From an uncultured Collinsella sp. (GTDB taxonomy: Bacteria; Actinomycetota; Coriobacteriia; Coriobacteriales; Coriobacteriaceae), in NCBI GenBank assembly GCA_947642445.1, contig CANRSF010000009.1:6223-70222 (forward strand): DNA of 64,000 nt, in the 5' to 3' direction. Below the pieces are notes generated by a model. That model did not search any database. It saw nothing but the letters and a program-made list of their open reading frames with translations, and had not been told where the DNA came from. Of the stretch, positions 9,132 to 18,515 are shown one piece after another. A program made the position numbers and the translations under genes. Numbering within the stretch: the first letter of the stretch is position 1; the number at the start of each line of letters is the position of its first letter.

Positions 9132-10475
9132 TTAAAACTCGAGCTGTTCCAGACGATCGAAGACCGTGTCGATGCGGGTGAGGAAGTCCCACGGATCAAA
9201 GATCTCGTCGAGCTTCTCCTGGCTGACGGTGCAGCGCGGATCGGCCTCGAGACGCTCCTTAAAGGTGGGACCGGAGACGCAATCCTGCACCTCGTGCCAG
9301 GTAGCCATGGCGTTTTCCTGCACGATCGCATAGGCATCTTCGCGGGTGATGCCCGTATCGACGAGGGCCAGCAGGACCTTGGAGGAGAAGATGAGGCCGC
9401 GAGTCTTGTTGAGGTTGGCCATCATACGAGCCGGATACAGCTGCAGGCCGTCGATAACGCGGATAAGGCACTGGAACATGTGGTCGAGTGCGATAAAGCT
9501 ATCGGCCTGGGCGACGCGCTCGGCAGAGGAGTGCGAAATGTCGCGCTCATGCCATAGGGCGACATTGTCGAAGGCAACCTGGGCGTTGGACTTCACGACA
9601 CGCGACAGGCCACAGACCTTCTCCATGGTGATCGGGTTGCGCTTGTGCGGCATGGCGGAGCTGCCCTTTTGACCCTTGCGGAACGGCTCCTCGGCCTCGA
9701 GCGTGTCGGTCTTCTGCAGATTGCGGACCTCGGTAGCGATGCGCTCGCAGGTGGCCGCCGTGGTGGCGAGGACGCCGGCGAGATAGGCATGATGGTCGCG
9801 GGAGATGACCTGCGTGGACAGCGGGTCGTGGACCAGACCCAGGTGCTCGCAGACGTACTCCTCGACAAACGGCTCGATGGAGCTGTACGTGCCGACCGCG
9901 CCCGAGATGGCACCGAAGGCAACGTTCTTGCGGGCATCCTCAAGACGATCCAGATCGCGCTTGAGCTCCCAGGCCCAAGAGCCAAACTTCATGCCGAAGG
10001 TCATCGGCTCGGCGTGGATGCCATGGGTGCGGCCAGCGCAAAGCGTGTTGCGCTCCTCGAAGGCGCGGCGCTTGCAGATCTCGCCGAGCTTCTTGACGTC
10101 CTCGATGATCAGATCGCAGGCCTGGGTGAGCTGGTAGCACAGAGCCGTATCGCCCAGATCGGAGCTGGTCATGCCATAGTGAACCCAGCGGCTGGGCTTG
10201 GGGTCGCCCTCGGGAACATCAGCGTCGATGTACTCCTTCATGTTGGTCAGGAAGGCAATAACGTCGTGGCGCGTGACTTCCTCGATCTCGTCGACCTTTG
10301 CCTTCTCAAAGTTGGCGTGGTCGCGGATCCATTGGGCTTCGTCTTTAGAAATGCCGATCTTGCCGAGCTCCGCCTGGGCCTCGCAGGCCAGGACCTCGAT
10401 CTCCTGCCAAATGGCGTACTTGTTCTCGAGGGAGAAGATGTGTCCCATCTCCGGGCGGGTATAGCGATCGATCAT
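9132..10475 (-). CDS. purB: Adenylosuccinate lyase
   Basis: MIDRYTRPEM start, RHDVIAF, H.G.TSSD, GRTHG.HAEP, signature GSSAMPHKRNP. Confidence 0.97.
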   Translation of the reverse strand: MIDRYTRPEMGHIFSLENKYAIWQEIEVLACEAQAELGKIGISKDEAQWIRDHANFEKAKVDEIEEVTRHDVIAFLTNMKEYIDADVPEGDPKPSRWVHYGMTSSDLGDTALCYQLTQACDLIIEDVKKLGEICKRRAFEERNTLCAGRTHGIHAEPMTFGMKFGSWAWELKRDLDRLEDARKNVAFGAISGAVGTYSSIEPFVEEYVCEHLGLVHDPLSTQVISRDHHAYLAGVLATTAATCERIATEVRNLQKTDTLEAEEPFRKGQKGSSAMPHKRNPITMEKVCGLSRVVKSNAQVAFDNVALWHERDISHSSAERVAQADSFIALDHMFQCLIRVIDGLQLYPARMMANLNKTRGLIFSSKVLLALVDTGITREDAYAIVQENAMATWHEVQDCVSGPTFKERLEADPRCTVSQEKLDEIFDPWDFLTRIDTVFDRLEQLEF

Positions 10476-10577
10476 AGCGGCTCCTTTTTGGTTATTGGCA
10501 CGTTGGTCGTAACCCAACCATTGTACCGTGCGCAGGTGCGAGTATGGGCAGTAGGCATGAACCTAACATTTTGGAAT

Positions 10578-10975
10578 TGGAGCGGGCAACGGGACGTCCG
10601 CGCGCCCGCGTCGCGGACGCACACCGGCTGTGGTCAGCATGCCCCGGTCCGCAAAGCCGCCGAAGGAGACCCGGTCGAGCCGTGTGTCCCAGCGTCTCCC
10701 TTTGCTGGGGGAGCGGGCAACGGGACGTCCGCGTATTTGCTTCGCAAATCCGCACCGGCTGCGGTCGATCTCCTCGGATTCACGGAGACGATGGGGAAGA
10801 CTTTGTTGAATTGGCCGTCCCAAGGTCTCCCGCGCTCGATGGAGCGGGCAACGGGACGTCCGCGTATTTGCTTCGCAAATCCGCACCGGCTGCGGTCGCC
10901 TATCGGCGACCTTGCCTGCTCGCTATAAACGCTTCGCGTTTATTTAACGCTCGCACCCTGTCGGGTTCGAGTCCC
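10578..10975 (-). repeat. Array of three 131-bp-period units, each carrying a copy of the tRNA-Gly 3' end
   Basis: GGAGCGGGCAACGGGAC starts at 10579, 10710 and 10841; the same sequence starts at 11032 in the tRNA. Confidence 0.9.
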
Positions 10976-11030
10976 GGCACTTTATTGAAGAAGGCACAGT
11001 AACGAAACGTTACCGTGCCTGAAATTCGAA

Positions 11031-11105
11031 TGGAGCGGGCAACGGGACTCGAACCCGCGAGTGTCAGCTTGGGAAGCTGATGCCTTACCACTTGGCGATG
11101 CCCGC
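11031..11105 (-). tRNA. tRNA-Gly(CCC)
   Basis: GCGGGCA acceptor, anticodon loop TTCCCAA, T-loop TTCGAGT, encoded CCA. Confidence 0.95.
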
Positions 11106-11402
11106 TTGTGTGTTGGCTAGTATAACGCGGTTGTCTTGTTCGATACAAGGGTGGTGATGCTTGTTTTAACTGTGGAGATTCGTTTGAAAATCGCATCAAT
11201 TGTGGAGATGAGGACCTTTGACCTCCTGTTCTCCCTATCTTCTACCTGCGCTTTTGCTTGATTGTTGTATTTGAGCTCAATTTGTCAGGAATTGGGCAAG
11301 CTTTTGGTCAGGCTCCGGTACTTACCCGCATGAACCTCGGGGGTAGCCTCATCCTACGCGTCGCAGCCTCCCCGTGCGGCGCACGAGGGATAAGGAGCAG
11401 CC

Positions 11403-14400
11403 ATGTCCAACGCACCCACGCACTCTGTCCACAGCGCAATCGCAACAGGTCCGCTGCTCCTGCTCCTCTTCCTGCTTTTCGGCTGCCTGGCACCGGGAGC
11501 CGCATTTGCCGTCGATGGCTACGACCAGCTCGGCTTCCGCACTATTAGCGATGATTGTGGGCCCTTCTTTATCGGCAAGTATGAAGCTCAAGACGCCTCG
11601 ATTGCCTACTGCATGAACCAGGAGCGCCCCGGCCCCACCAAGCCGGGCGGCCCATGGCTCAACTTTGATCAAGGCTGGGTGTGGCTCGACGACGAGTTCG
11701 CGGCAATCGTTTGTCACGGATATCCTACCGCCACGTCGTTTGGCGGTTACCATCTTTCACCCGATCGCGCCCGCGCCGCCACCCAGCTTGCCGTATGGAT
11801 GCTCAACGGCACTACCCATGTCGACGGCACCTACTCCTACACGACCGCTCAGGGTAAAACCAAGAGCGGACACTTTACCGCCGACAATGAAGTCGTGGCG
11901 GCTGCGCGGTGGCTCCACGACAGCGCAAAATCAGGAAGCATCAAAGCCGCTCCGCACCGCGCGCGACGCTATTTAGGGGCCGTATCGGGCGGCAGCAAAC
12001 GTCAAGACATGCTCTATGTACTGCCAGCGGTCTCTGTTTCCTTCCAAAAGCAGTCTGCTAACACCGTTATTACCAGCGGAAACAATACCTATCAGTTTAC
12101 CGGGGCAACATTCGATATTTTCGAGAGCGCCAGCGGCGCGCGTGTCGGCACCGTCCAGATGGACAGCAACGGTCGAGCGCAGGCAGCACTTCTGCCCAAC
12201 ACGGCATACTACCTAGTTGAAACGAAGGCGCCGGCCGGCTATGTCCCCCGTCGTGATCGCATCGCCTTTACCACGGGAAATGACGGTGGACAGGTCGCCA
12301 TTGATGAACAGCCCGGCACCATTAACCTGTGTATCGTAAAACTCGATGCCGCGACGAATGCCGGCCCCCAGGTGGGATCTTCACTCGCGGGAGCAGAGTT
12401 CACGTGTGTGTCGCAATCAACCCCTGGATGGGCGCAAATCCTCACGACCGACGAAAGCGGTCGGGCCACCCTCGCCGATGTCCCCTTAGGAACCTTTACC
12501 ATCTACGAATCAAAAGCCCCCGAGGGCTACCTGCCATCCAACGACAGCCGGTCCTATACCGTTAGAGCCGACCAGCTCGGTGATTCAGGCGTGGTCGAGA
12601 TTGAATCTCGCGTTTCCGATATCCCCATTGCGTTTGACCTTGAAATTTCCAAATTCAAGGACTACGGCAATAGCGACCAATCCGGCTTGGAGCAGCCGGC
12701 GGGAGGTGTTGTCTTTGAGGTTGTGAGCAACAGCTCTCAGCAGGTTGTTGGCACACTGACCACAAACATCTATGGCTTTGCCTCCACCAAAGATCAGCCC
12801 GAAGCATGGTTTGGCGCAGGCAAGCGACCCGCCGGTGCCCACGGAGCCATCCCATACGACCGCGCCGGCTACACGGTTCGCGAGGTTCCGGAAACCGTCC
12901 CCGAGGGTTTTAAACGTGCAGGGGAATGGACCGTCGAGGCCAATCAGATTTCCGACGGCGCCGAGCTTCAATATATCGTGGACAACCACGCTCTGTCGAC
13001 GCATCTCCAGATTGTAAAACGCGATGCCCAAACAGGCGCTTCTGTTCCGCTAGCCGGATTCACCTTCCAACTCCTCGACAGCAATCACAAACCTGTCTCA
13101 CAAACATGCTGGTATCCAGCACATAATGTAATGGACACCTTTACGACTGACGCGACCGGCACCGTCACACTGCCCGAATCGCTCGTGCCGGGCACCTATT
13201 ATGTACGCGAAACCTCGGCCAAAGAGCCCTATCTTGTCGGTGAAGAGATCGAGGTAAACATACCCGCCGACATGAACCTAACGCCCATTGCAATCGCCTC
13301 GTATTATGATCACACCGCGACCGGAAACATCAGGATCGTTAAAACCGATGCCGTAGACGGCAGCAGCCTCGCGGGCGCCATCTTTGAGATCCGTGCCTCG
13401 GGTGATATCGTGCGCCCCGATGGTAGCATTGCCGCGCTCGACGGTGAGACCGTCGCGACCGTCGCGACGGATGAAACTGGAGAGGCACGCGCGGACGACC
13501 TCCCGCTGGGATCTGGCACCGCACGCTACGAGGTTGTCGAGACTCAAGCGCCGACCGGCTTCTTACTCGACCGGACGCACCATATCGTCGACCTTATCTA
13601 TGCCGACCAGAAAACACCCGTTGTGGAAGCACGGCTTAACGTATCCGACGATTACACCAAGGTTGATATCTCCAAGGTCGATGCAAGCGGAGAGCAGGAA
13701 GTGAAAGGCGCACAGCTCACCTTATATGGTCCCGATAAAACCGAAATAGACTCCTGGACCTCATCCGACAAGCCACACCGCATCGAACATCTTGCACCCG
13801 GCACCTACTCGTTGCGCGAAACGATGTCTCCGCGGACCTATGACCTTGCCGAGGAGATAACGTTTGAAATAAAGGATACGGGAGAAGTCCAATCCGTCGC
13901 GATGAAGGATGCGCCCATCGAGATCAAAGGACAGGTCGACAAGCGTCAGGAACTTGTCCAACCTATCGGGAAGGGTCTGCTGGCCAACGGCGATGGTAAA
14001 AATCGCGCCGCGACGCAAACCAATACGGACGGACTTTTCTCCTATACCATCGACGCTCGAAACGATTCAGCTACCTGGGTTGATGAGTTTACGATTACCG
14101 ATGATCTTGAGTGTGCCAAAGACGGCACGGCGAGATTCGTCTCAATCGAAACCCCCGTCGCCATCGGCGACCTCAACGGTCTGTGCAACGTGTGGTATCG
14201 CACGACGCCGTTGGACTCGACAGACGTCGATGAGCCGGCAAACGCGACGCTTGACGATGGGCACGAAAATCCTTGGCTTGAGTCCGACGAAGTAAAAGAG
14301 AGTCTGGGTGAAGATTGCCGCCTCGTCGATTACGACGGCTGGCACCTCTGGAAGGCGGATGTCTCGACCACGGAATCCGCCACACTCGAGGCGAAAGAAC

Positions 14401-14834
14401 TCGACCTTGCATCCAATACCGTCGTGACGGGCATTCGCATTGAATACGGTGTGGTAGCCGCCGACTTTACGACTCGAAGCGATACGGATTCTTGGACCCG
14501 CGATGATCTCAAAGATGAGCACGACGACCTTGACGATGCCAAAGCAATCCTTGGCACAGATGCTCGGGGCGCAGTCGTGCACATGCAGGCAACGTCGGCT
14601 TACACACCCCAAACTGCACTCACCAACAGCGCACGCGTCGATCTTTGCCGCAACGGCGGCGGCGATAAACTTGAGTCACATGACGAGGACCGTGTCATTC
14701 AACGCTGTACCCTACCGCAGGACCTACCGGCAACAGGATCAGCTCCCATCGCCGCTTGCATCACCGCGCTCCTGACCTCGGGTGCCGCAGCCCTATGGTT
14801 CGCTCGCCTTAGGTCAATCCCAAAGAAGCGCTAG
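11403..14834 (+). CDS. Thioester-domain (TED) adhesin with SpaA/CnaB-type Ig repeats and sortase anchor
   Basis: YCMNQ (Cys codon 11610) and TQLAVW (Gln codon 11784); repeated K.D....L.GA.F, Y...ET.AP.GY; C-terminal LPATG + TM + basic tail. Confidence 0.88.
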   Translation: MSNAPTHSVHSAIATGPLLLLLFLLFGCLAPGAAFAVDGYDQLGFRTISDDCGPFFIGKYEAQDASIAYCMNQERPGPTKPGGPWLNFDQGWVWLDDEFAAIVCHGYPTATSFGGYHLSPDRARAATQLAVWMLNGTTHVDGTYSYTTAQGKTKSGHFTADNEVVAAARWLHDSAKSGSIKAAPHRARRYLGAVSGGSKRQDMLYVLPAVSVSFQKQSANTVITSGNNTYQFTGATFDIFESASGARVGTVQMDSNGRAQAALLPNTAYYLVETKAPAGYVPRRDRIAFTTGNDGGQVAIDEQPGTINLCIVKLDAATNAGPQVGSSLAGAEFTCVSQSTPGWAQILTTDESGRATLADVPLGTFTIYESKAPEGYLPSNDSRSYTVRADQLGDSGVVEIESRVSDIPIAFDLEISKFKDYGNSDQSGLEQPAGGVVFEVVSNSSQQVVGTLTTNIYGFASTKDQPEAWFGAGKRPAGAHGAIPYDRAGYTVREVPETVPEGFKRAGEWTVEANQISDGAELQYIVDNHALSTHLQIVKRDAQTGASVPLAGFTFQLLDSNHKPVSQTCWYPAHNVMDTFTTDATGTVTLPESLVPGTYYVRETSAKEPYLVGEEIEVNIPADMNLTPIAIASYYDHTATGNIRIVKTDAVDGSSLAGAIFEIRASGDIVRPDGSIAALDGETVATVATDETGEARADDLPLGSGTARYEVVETQAPTGFLLDRTHHIVDLIYADQKTPVVEARLNVSDDYTKVDISKVDASGEQEVKGAQLTLYGPDKTEIDSWTSSDKPHRIEHLAPGTYSLRETMSPRTYDLAEEITFEIKDTGEVQSVAMKDAPIEIKGQVDKRQELVQPIGKGLLANGDGKNRAATQTNTDGLFSYTIDARNDSATWVDEFTITDDLECAKDGTARFVSIETPVAIGDLNGLCNVWYRTTPLDSTDVDEPANATLDDGHENPWLESDEVKESLGEDCRLVDYDGWHLWKADVSTTESATLEAKELDLASNTVVTGIRIEYGVVAADFTTRSDTDSWTRDDLKDEHDDLDDAKAILGTDARGAVVHMQATSAYTPQTALTNSARVDLCRNGGGDKLESHDEDRVIQRCTLPQDLPATGSAPIAACITALLTSGAAALWFARLRSIPKKR

Positions 14835-14841
14835 CGCGATG

Positions 14842-14880
14842 AAAAAGCGGGCGAGCCAGTCCCCCGGCTCGCCCGCTTTC
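14842..14880. terminator. Bidirectional terminator between convergent genes
   Basis: AAAGCGGGCGAGCC...GGCTCGCCCGCTTT stem with A/T tails. Confidence 0.75.
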
Positions 14881-14900
14881 AATCATCTAAATCGCCGCAT

Positions 14901-15119
14901 CTACTCTGCAGACGAAGATCCACCATCAACGATTGCCTGCTCGGACTCAGGAATCCCATCGGCGCCCGTGCTCTGTTCTTGCTCCACCTCTTCGCTGATT
15001 GCGGAGGCGGGGGTCGAGCCCTTCGCGCCCACGATGTAGGCAGCTCCAAACCCTAACGCAATGGCAATCAAGGTCAAAATCACGTAGACAGGCCAATGGC
15101 GCTTAATATACGAAAACAC
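14901..15119 (-). CDS. Small single-pass membrane protein
   Basis: 72 aa, N-terminal TM helix, acidic tail; RBS-like AGGAG upstream. Confidence 0.65.
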   Translation of the reverse strand: MFSYIKRHWPVYVILTLIAIALGFGAAYIVGAKGSTPASAISEEVEQEQSTGADGIPESEQAIVDGGSSSAE

Positions 15120-15140
15120 GTTGACTCCTTAGAGCTCCGT

Positions 15141-18100
15141 CTACGAACGGCGGATAACCTCGGTCACGACCTCGGATACCGTGGCAATGTTCGTCGGGTT
15201 GACATTGTGGGGCAGGTCGTCCTCGGTACGAGCACAAGCCAGGCGCGTGCCGTCCACGCCGGCGATGGTGAGGGCTCGGCGGCTCGCCTCGAGCGCGGCA
15301 TAGGCATCGGTCTTGGCATAGGGCATCTCGAGCGCGCCACAATCGACATGGAACGACTTGCACACCTTGCTGACCAGGTTCATGATGCGGCGATCGCCCT
15401 TGAGCAGCTGCTGTTCGCCCTCAACCGTCACCACCGAAAGCCTACCGGCGCCGACGGATTCAAGATTGATGAAGAATACGCCGCGGAGCTTATCGCGATG
15501 CGAAGCCAAGAAGGCCTTCATGCCGGCGCCATCACAATCCGAGGCGCCCGTTGCCACAAACCAGATATCGTGACCGAGCAGCTCATCGTCACCCATAGAG
15601 GCGACAGCCGAGAGCATATCTTCGGAAGAAGCGCCGTCGGAAGACGTAGCGCCGCCCTTCCAGCCATCGTTATCGTCCTCGAAATTATCCCACGAACCGA
15701 TGCCGCGACCGGACTTCTTGGCATCGTAATCGTCTTCGACGCCCAGCCAGTCACTCATGCTGTTCTGTTCGTTTTTCTTTTTACGACCGAACAGGCCGCC
15801 CAGGCCGCGCTTGCGAGACTTGGGTGCCGCAGGGGCGGGAGCCGAAATGGTCTCGATCGGCTGTGCGCCCGACGCAACGGGCATAGGAGGCGCAACGGGT
15901 GCCGATGTGGGTTCGGGACCCTGGGCGGTAGCAAAGGGGTCGTTGACCTGTGTGGAGGGATCGGGAAGGTCGAACAGCGACGTGCGAGACGCAACGTTTG
16001 TCTGCTTCATCGACGGCAGCGACGGATCGGGGACCGAAGCCAGCGGAGACGAGGAGGGTGCAGGCGACGGTGCCGACGCCGGATCGGGAACATTCATCTG
16101 CGGACGCGGCGATGCTTGGGAGGAAATCTGGGCCATAAGGGAATCGACCGTTTCGTCCTGGGTGGGAGCGACATTGGCAACCGTGGCACCGGAACCACTC
16201 GGGGTCGGCATGGTGAAAATCTGCGTGGAGTAAGGCCTCGACTCATCCGTCTCGGGAGTCTCGGAAACCGCAGGCACTTCCTCCTGCTCGACCTCGGTTG
16301 AATTACCTTGATCGGCTGCCGCGTATTGCTCTTCGTCAGAGTTGGCCTCGACGGACTCGTCCTTGGCAGCATCCTGAATTTCGGCAGCATCAATGGGCTC
16401 GTCATCGTCTGCCGCGTCGCCCTGCTCATCGGAAACAGGAAGGGGCTCGGCAATCGCGGTGCCTTGCTTTTCAAACGTTATCGTGGAATCGAACTGCGCG
16501 GCATCAAACGACATGGTGCTATCGACATGCTGCTGAGCCTCGAAAGACGTCGTCGCCTCAGCAACATCCGCGGACGCCGGTTGCTGGGACTCAAAGGACG
16601 TCGCAGCTTCGGCAGCGTCGACGGGCACGGACTGCATAGCCTCGTTCTGCTCGAACTCTTGCGCCGCGCGCTCACGTGCCGCCTCGGCTGCCTGCTGCTG
16701 AGCGATAGCCTCCTGCTCGGCAGCCTCGCGTGCGGCAGCGCGCTTCTCCTCGAAATCGTCGACAAATTTCTTGCCCTTTGCAAGCGCACCCTTAAAGAAG
16801 TTGGAAGCACTGGTGCCAATCGAAGAGAACGCGGATGCAATATCGGCATGGGGCGTTGCCGCGGGAATCTCGGCCGAGAAATCAGTATCGCTCTCGTAAG
16901 ACACGCGCCTCGGCTGTTCAACGTAATCGTCGTCAGACTCATCCGCAACGTCTTGCGCCGGCGCGGCGGGAGCCAAAATGTCCAGTCCTGCCGCGGGATC
17001 GATCGCGGACACCGCCTCGGACTCGGCAACGGCAGCGGTAACCGCGGCAGACTCATCATCCACGGTCACGACGGGGGCAGGCTCGGGCTCAAACGTCGGC
17101 TCCTCGCCCTCCTCGTAATCGAGCGTGCAGGACTCGGGAAGCATTCCGAGCGCACGGATGGCATCCGAACCAAAGCGGATGTTGCCGGCGGCATTGCGAT
17201 AGAGCTTGGGCTCGGGCTCGGCCGCGACAGGCTCCTCCGCCGGCTCGGCAGCGGGAACCTCGTCATTGAACTCTTCGGCCTGGACAGCCTGATTCTGATC
17301 CTCGGGCACAATGGCGCCAATCAGCGTCTCGTCGGCAGACGCACCCTCAAAGCCCTCGATCTGCTCGTCGAAATCCTCACCCTGTTCGGGCTCGGCCTGA
17401 GCGTCGGGAGCAATCGGCTGACCGAACTCATCCTCGGCGTAGGTAGGCTCTTCATACTCGATGGTGTTGCCGTAGTCGTTTTGCTGTTGGGCCGCGGCAT
17501 ACTCCGCTGCCGCGCGCGCCATCTCCTCGGCACGACGCCTCTGCTCCCCAAAATAGGTATCGAACGGAACATCGTCGGGAAACTCGTTTTCGCCCTGGAA
17601 GGGAGCAACGTTGTCCATAACGCCGAGCATAGCGGCGACAGAAGACTTGTTGCACACCGCGCCGGACGTATAGGGAAGAATGTAGCGGTTAGAAATGATG
17701 TTTGCCGCGTTGGCGAGCGCAACGAGGGAAGCGAGGATCGCGACAATCCACAGCAGAACCTTGAGCGCACCGGGGAGCGGCAGGATACGCAAGATGGCAA
17801 CGGCAGCAGGGGCAACCGTGGCAACGGGCAACAGCCTGGCGATGAGCGCACGATACGAAGCATAGGGCTCGCGGGCGAGCAGCTCAGCACGGGGAGAGTC
17901 GTAGTGTGCGACAACGACCACCGGGCGGTTGCGCGGAGACGCGAGCGGGCCCGAGGCCTTGTGGTAGGCGATGACATTTTGGCTCACGCCCGTCTTGCCC
18001 AGGCGTGAAACCACGGGGTGGCCCGTGCGCTCGAGCACGTAAAGAACGGCGCCGACAATGGCCAGCAAGGTGCCGACCAAGCCGATGCCGCCGCCGATGC

Positions 18101-18317
18101 CCATCAGCAGGGCGCCGGCAAACGCAAGAATACCGGTAACGGCAAATGCCAACCTGCTGGGCGCCGGGGCATTGAACTCCTGAACCTCGGGATCAAAGCC
18201 GTGGTTGCGGAAGATCTGAGCGATATCCTCGGCAGCCAAGCGCTCTTCTTCGCTGCATGCCGGCGTAATGCCGGTGTTCTGCAGCAGGTGGTTAATATAG
18301 TTCTGGGTGTTCGCCAT
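15141..18317 (-). CDS. Membrane M28-peptidase-fold protein with a very large acidic insertion, probably inactive
   Basis: M28-like segments QNVIA, VVVVAHYDS, IWFVATGAS, FINLESVG; four TM helices; about 670-aa D/E/A/P-rich insert; start MANTQNY. Confidence 0.75.
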   Translation of the reverse strand: MANTQNYINHLLQNTGITPACSEEERLAAEDIAQIFRNHGFDPEVQEFNAPAPSRLAFAVTGILAFAGALLMGIGGGIGLVGTLLAIVGAVLYVLERTGHPVVSRLGKTGVSQNVIAYHKASGPLASPRNRPVVVVAHYDSPRAELLAREPYASYRALIARLLPVATVAPAAVAILRILPLPGALKVLLWIVAILASLVALANAANIISNRYILPYTSGAVCNKSSVAAMLGVMDNVAPFQGENEFPDDVPFDTYFGEQRRRAEEMARAAAEYAAAQQQNDYGNTIEYEEPTYAEDEFGQPIAPDAQAEPEQGEDFDEQIEGFEGASADETLIGAIVPEDQNQAVQAEEFNDEVPAAEPAEEPVAAEPEPKLYRNAAGNIRFGSDAIRALGMLPESCTLDYEEGEEPTFEPEPAPVVTVDDESAAVTAAVAESEAVSAIDPAAGLDILAPAAPAQDVADESDDDYVEQPRRVSYESDTDFSAEIPAATPHADIASAFSSIGTSASNFFKGALAKGKKFVDDFEEKRAAAREAAEQEAIAQQQAAEAARERAAQEFEQNEAMQSVPVDAAEAATSFESQQPASADVAEATTSFEAQQHVDSTMSFDAAQFDSTITFEKQGTAIAEPLPVSDEQGDAADDDEPIDAAEIQDAAKDESVEANSDEEQYAAADQGNSTEVEQEEVPAVSETPETDESRPYSTQIFTMPTPSGSGATVANVAPTQDETVDSLMAQISSQASPRPQMNVPDPASAPSPAPSSSPLASVPDPSLPSMKQTNVASRTSLFDLPDPSTQVNDPFATAQGPEPTSAPVAPPMPVASGAQPIETISAPAPAAPKSRKRGLGGLFGRKKKNEQNSMSDWLGVEDDYDAKKSGRGIGSWDNFEDDNDGWKGGATSSDGASSEDMLSAVASMGDDELLGHDIWFVATGASDCDGAGMKAFLASHRDKLRGVFFINLESVGAGRLSVVTVEGEQQLLKGDRRIMNLVSKVCKSFHVDCGALEMPYAKTDAYAALEASRRALTIAGVDGTRLACARTEDDLPHNVNPTNIATVSEVVTEVIRRS

Positions 18318-18515
18318 GTGCGCTCCACATCCATAATCCGACAAATAGGCCCAATGCATGCACATTAGAACCGTATATAGTCGAAAGTATACCCCGAGCG
18401 AGCGCAAACGACCGAATTCGGGCCATCTTAACGCCCCGAGCGGACAAGGATATAGCCTAATCTCCATATCGGACTAAAATCATGGCAGCAAACCACCTTC
18501 TCATGCGAGGACTCT

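Noticed and set aside
10578-10975. CRISPR array
   Set aside because: The repeat is a tRNA 3' end, the period is 131 bp, the spacers of units 1 and 2 are homologous, and no cas genes are in the window.
10544-11002. ORFs of 152, 107 and 87 aa over the tRNA-Gly repeat array
   Set aside because: Their internal peptide repeats (ERATGRPR) simply translate the DNA repeats; no RBS or protein motif.
11280-11340. c-di-GMP-II riboswitch upstream of the TED adhesin
   Set aside because: Only a short AATTGGGCA resemblance; the GGAAAC and GTAGTGCAACCG elements are missing.
11031-14834. Integrative element or prophage at tRNA-Gly
   Set aside because: No integrase, phage or conjugation genes; the tRNA 3'-end copies enclose only about 130-bp units and lie on the side opposite the adhesin.
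16308-18008. 566-aa plus-strand ORF inside the M28-like gene
   Set aside because: Antisense to an Ala/Glu-rich low-complexity region; composition mirrors the opposite strand.
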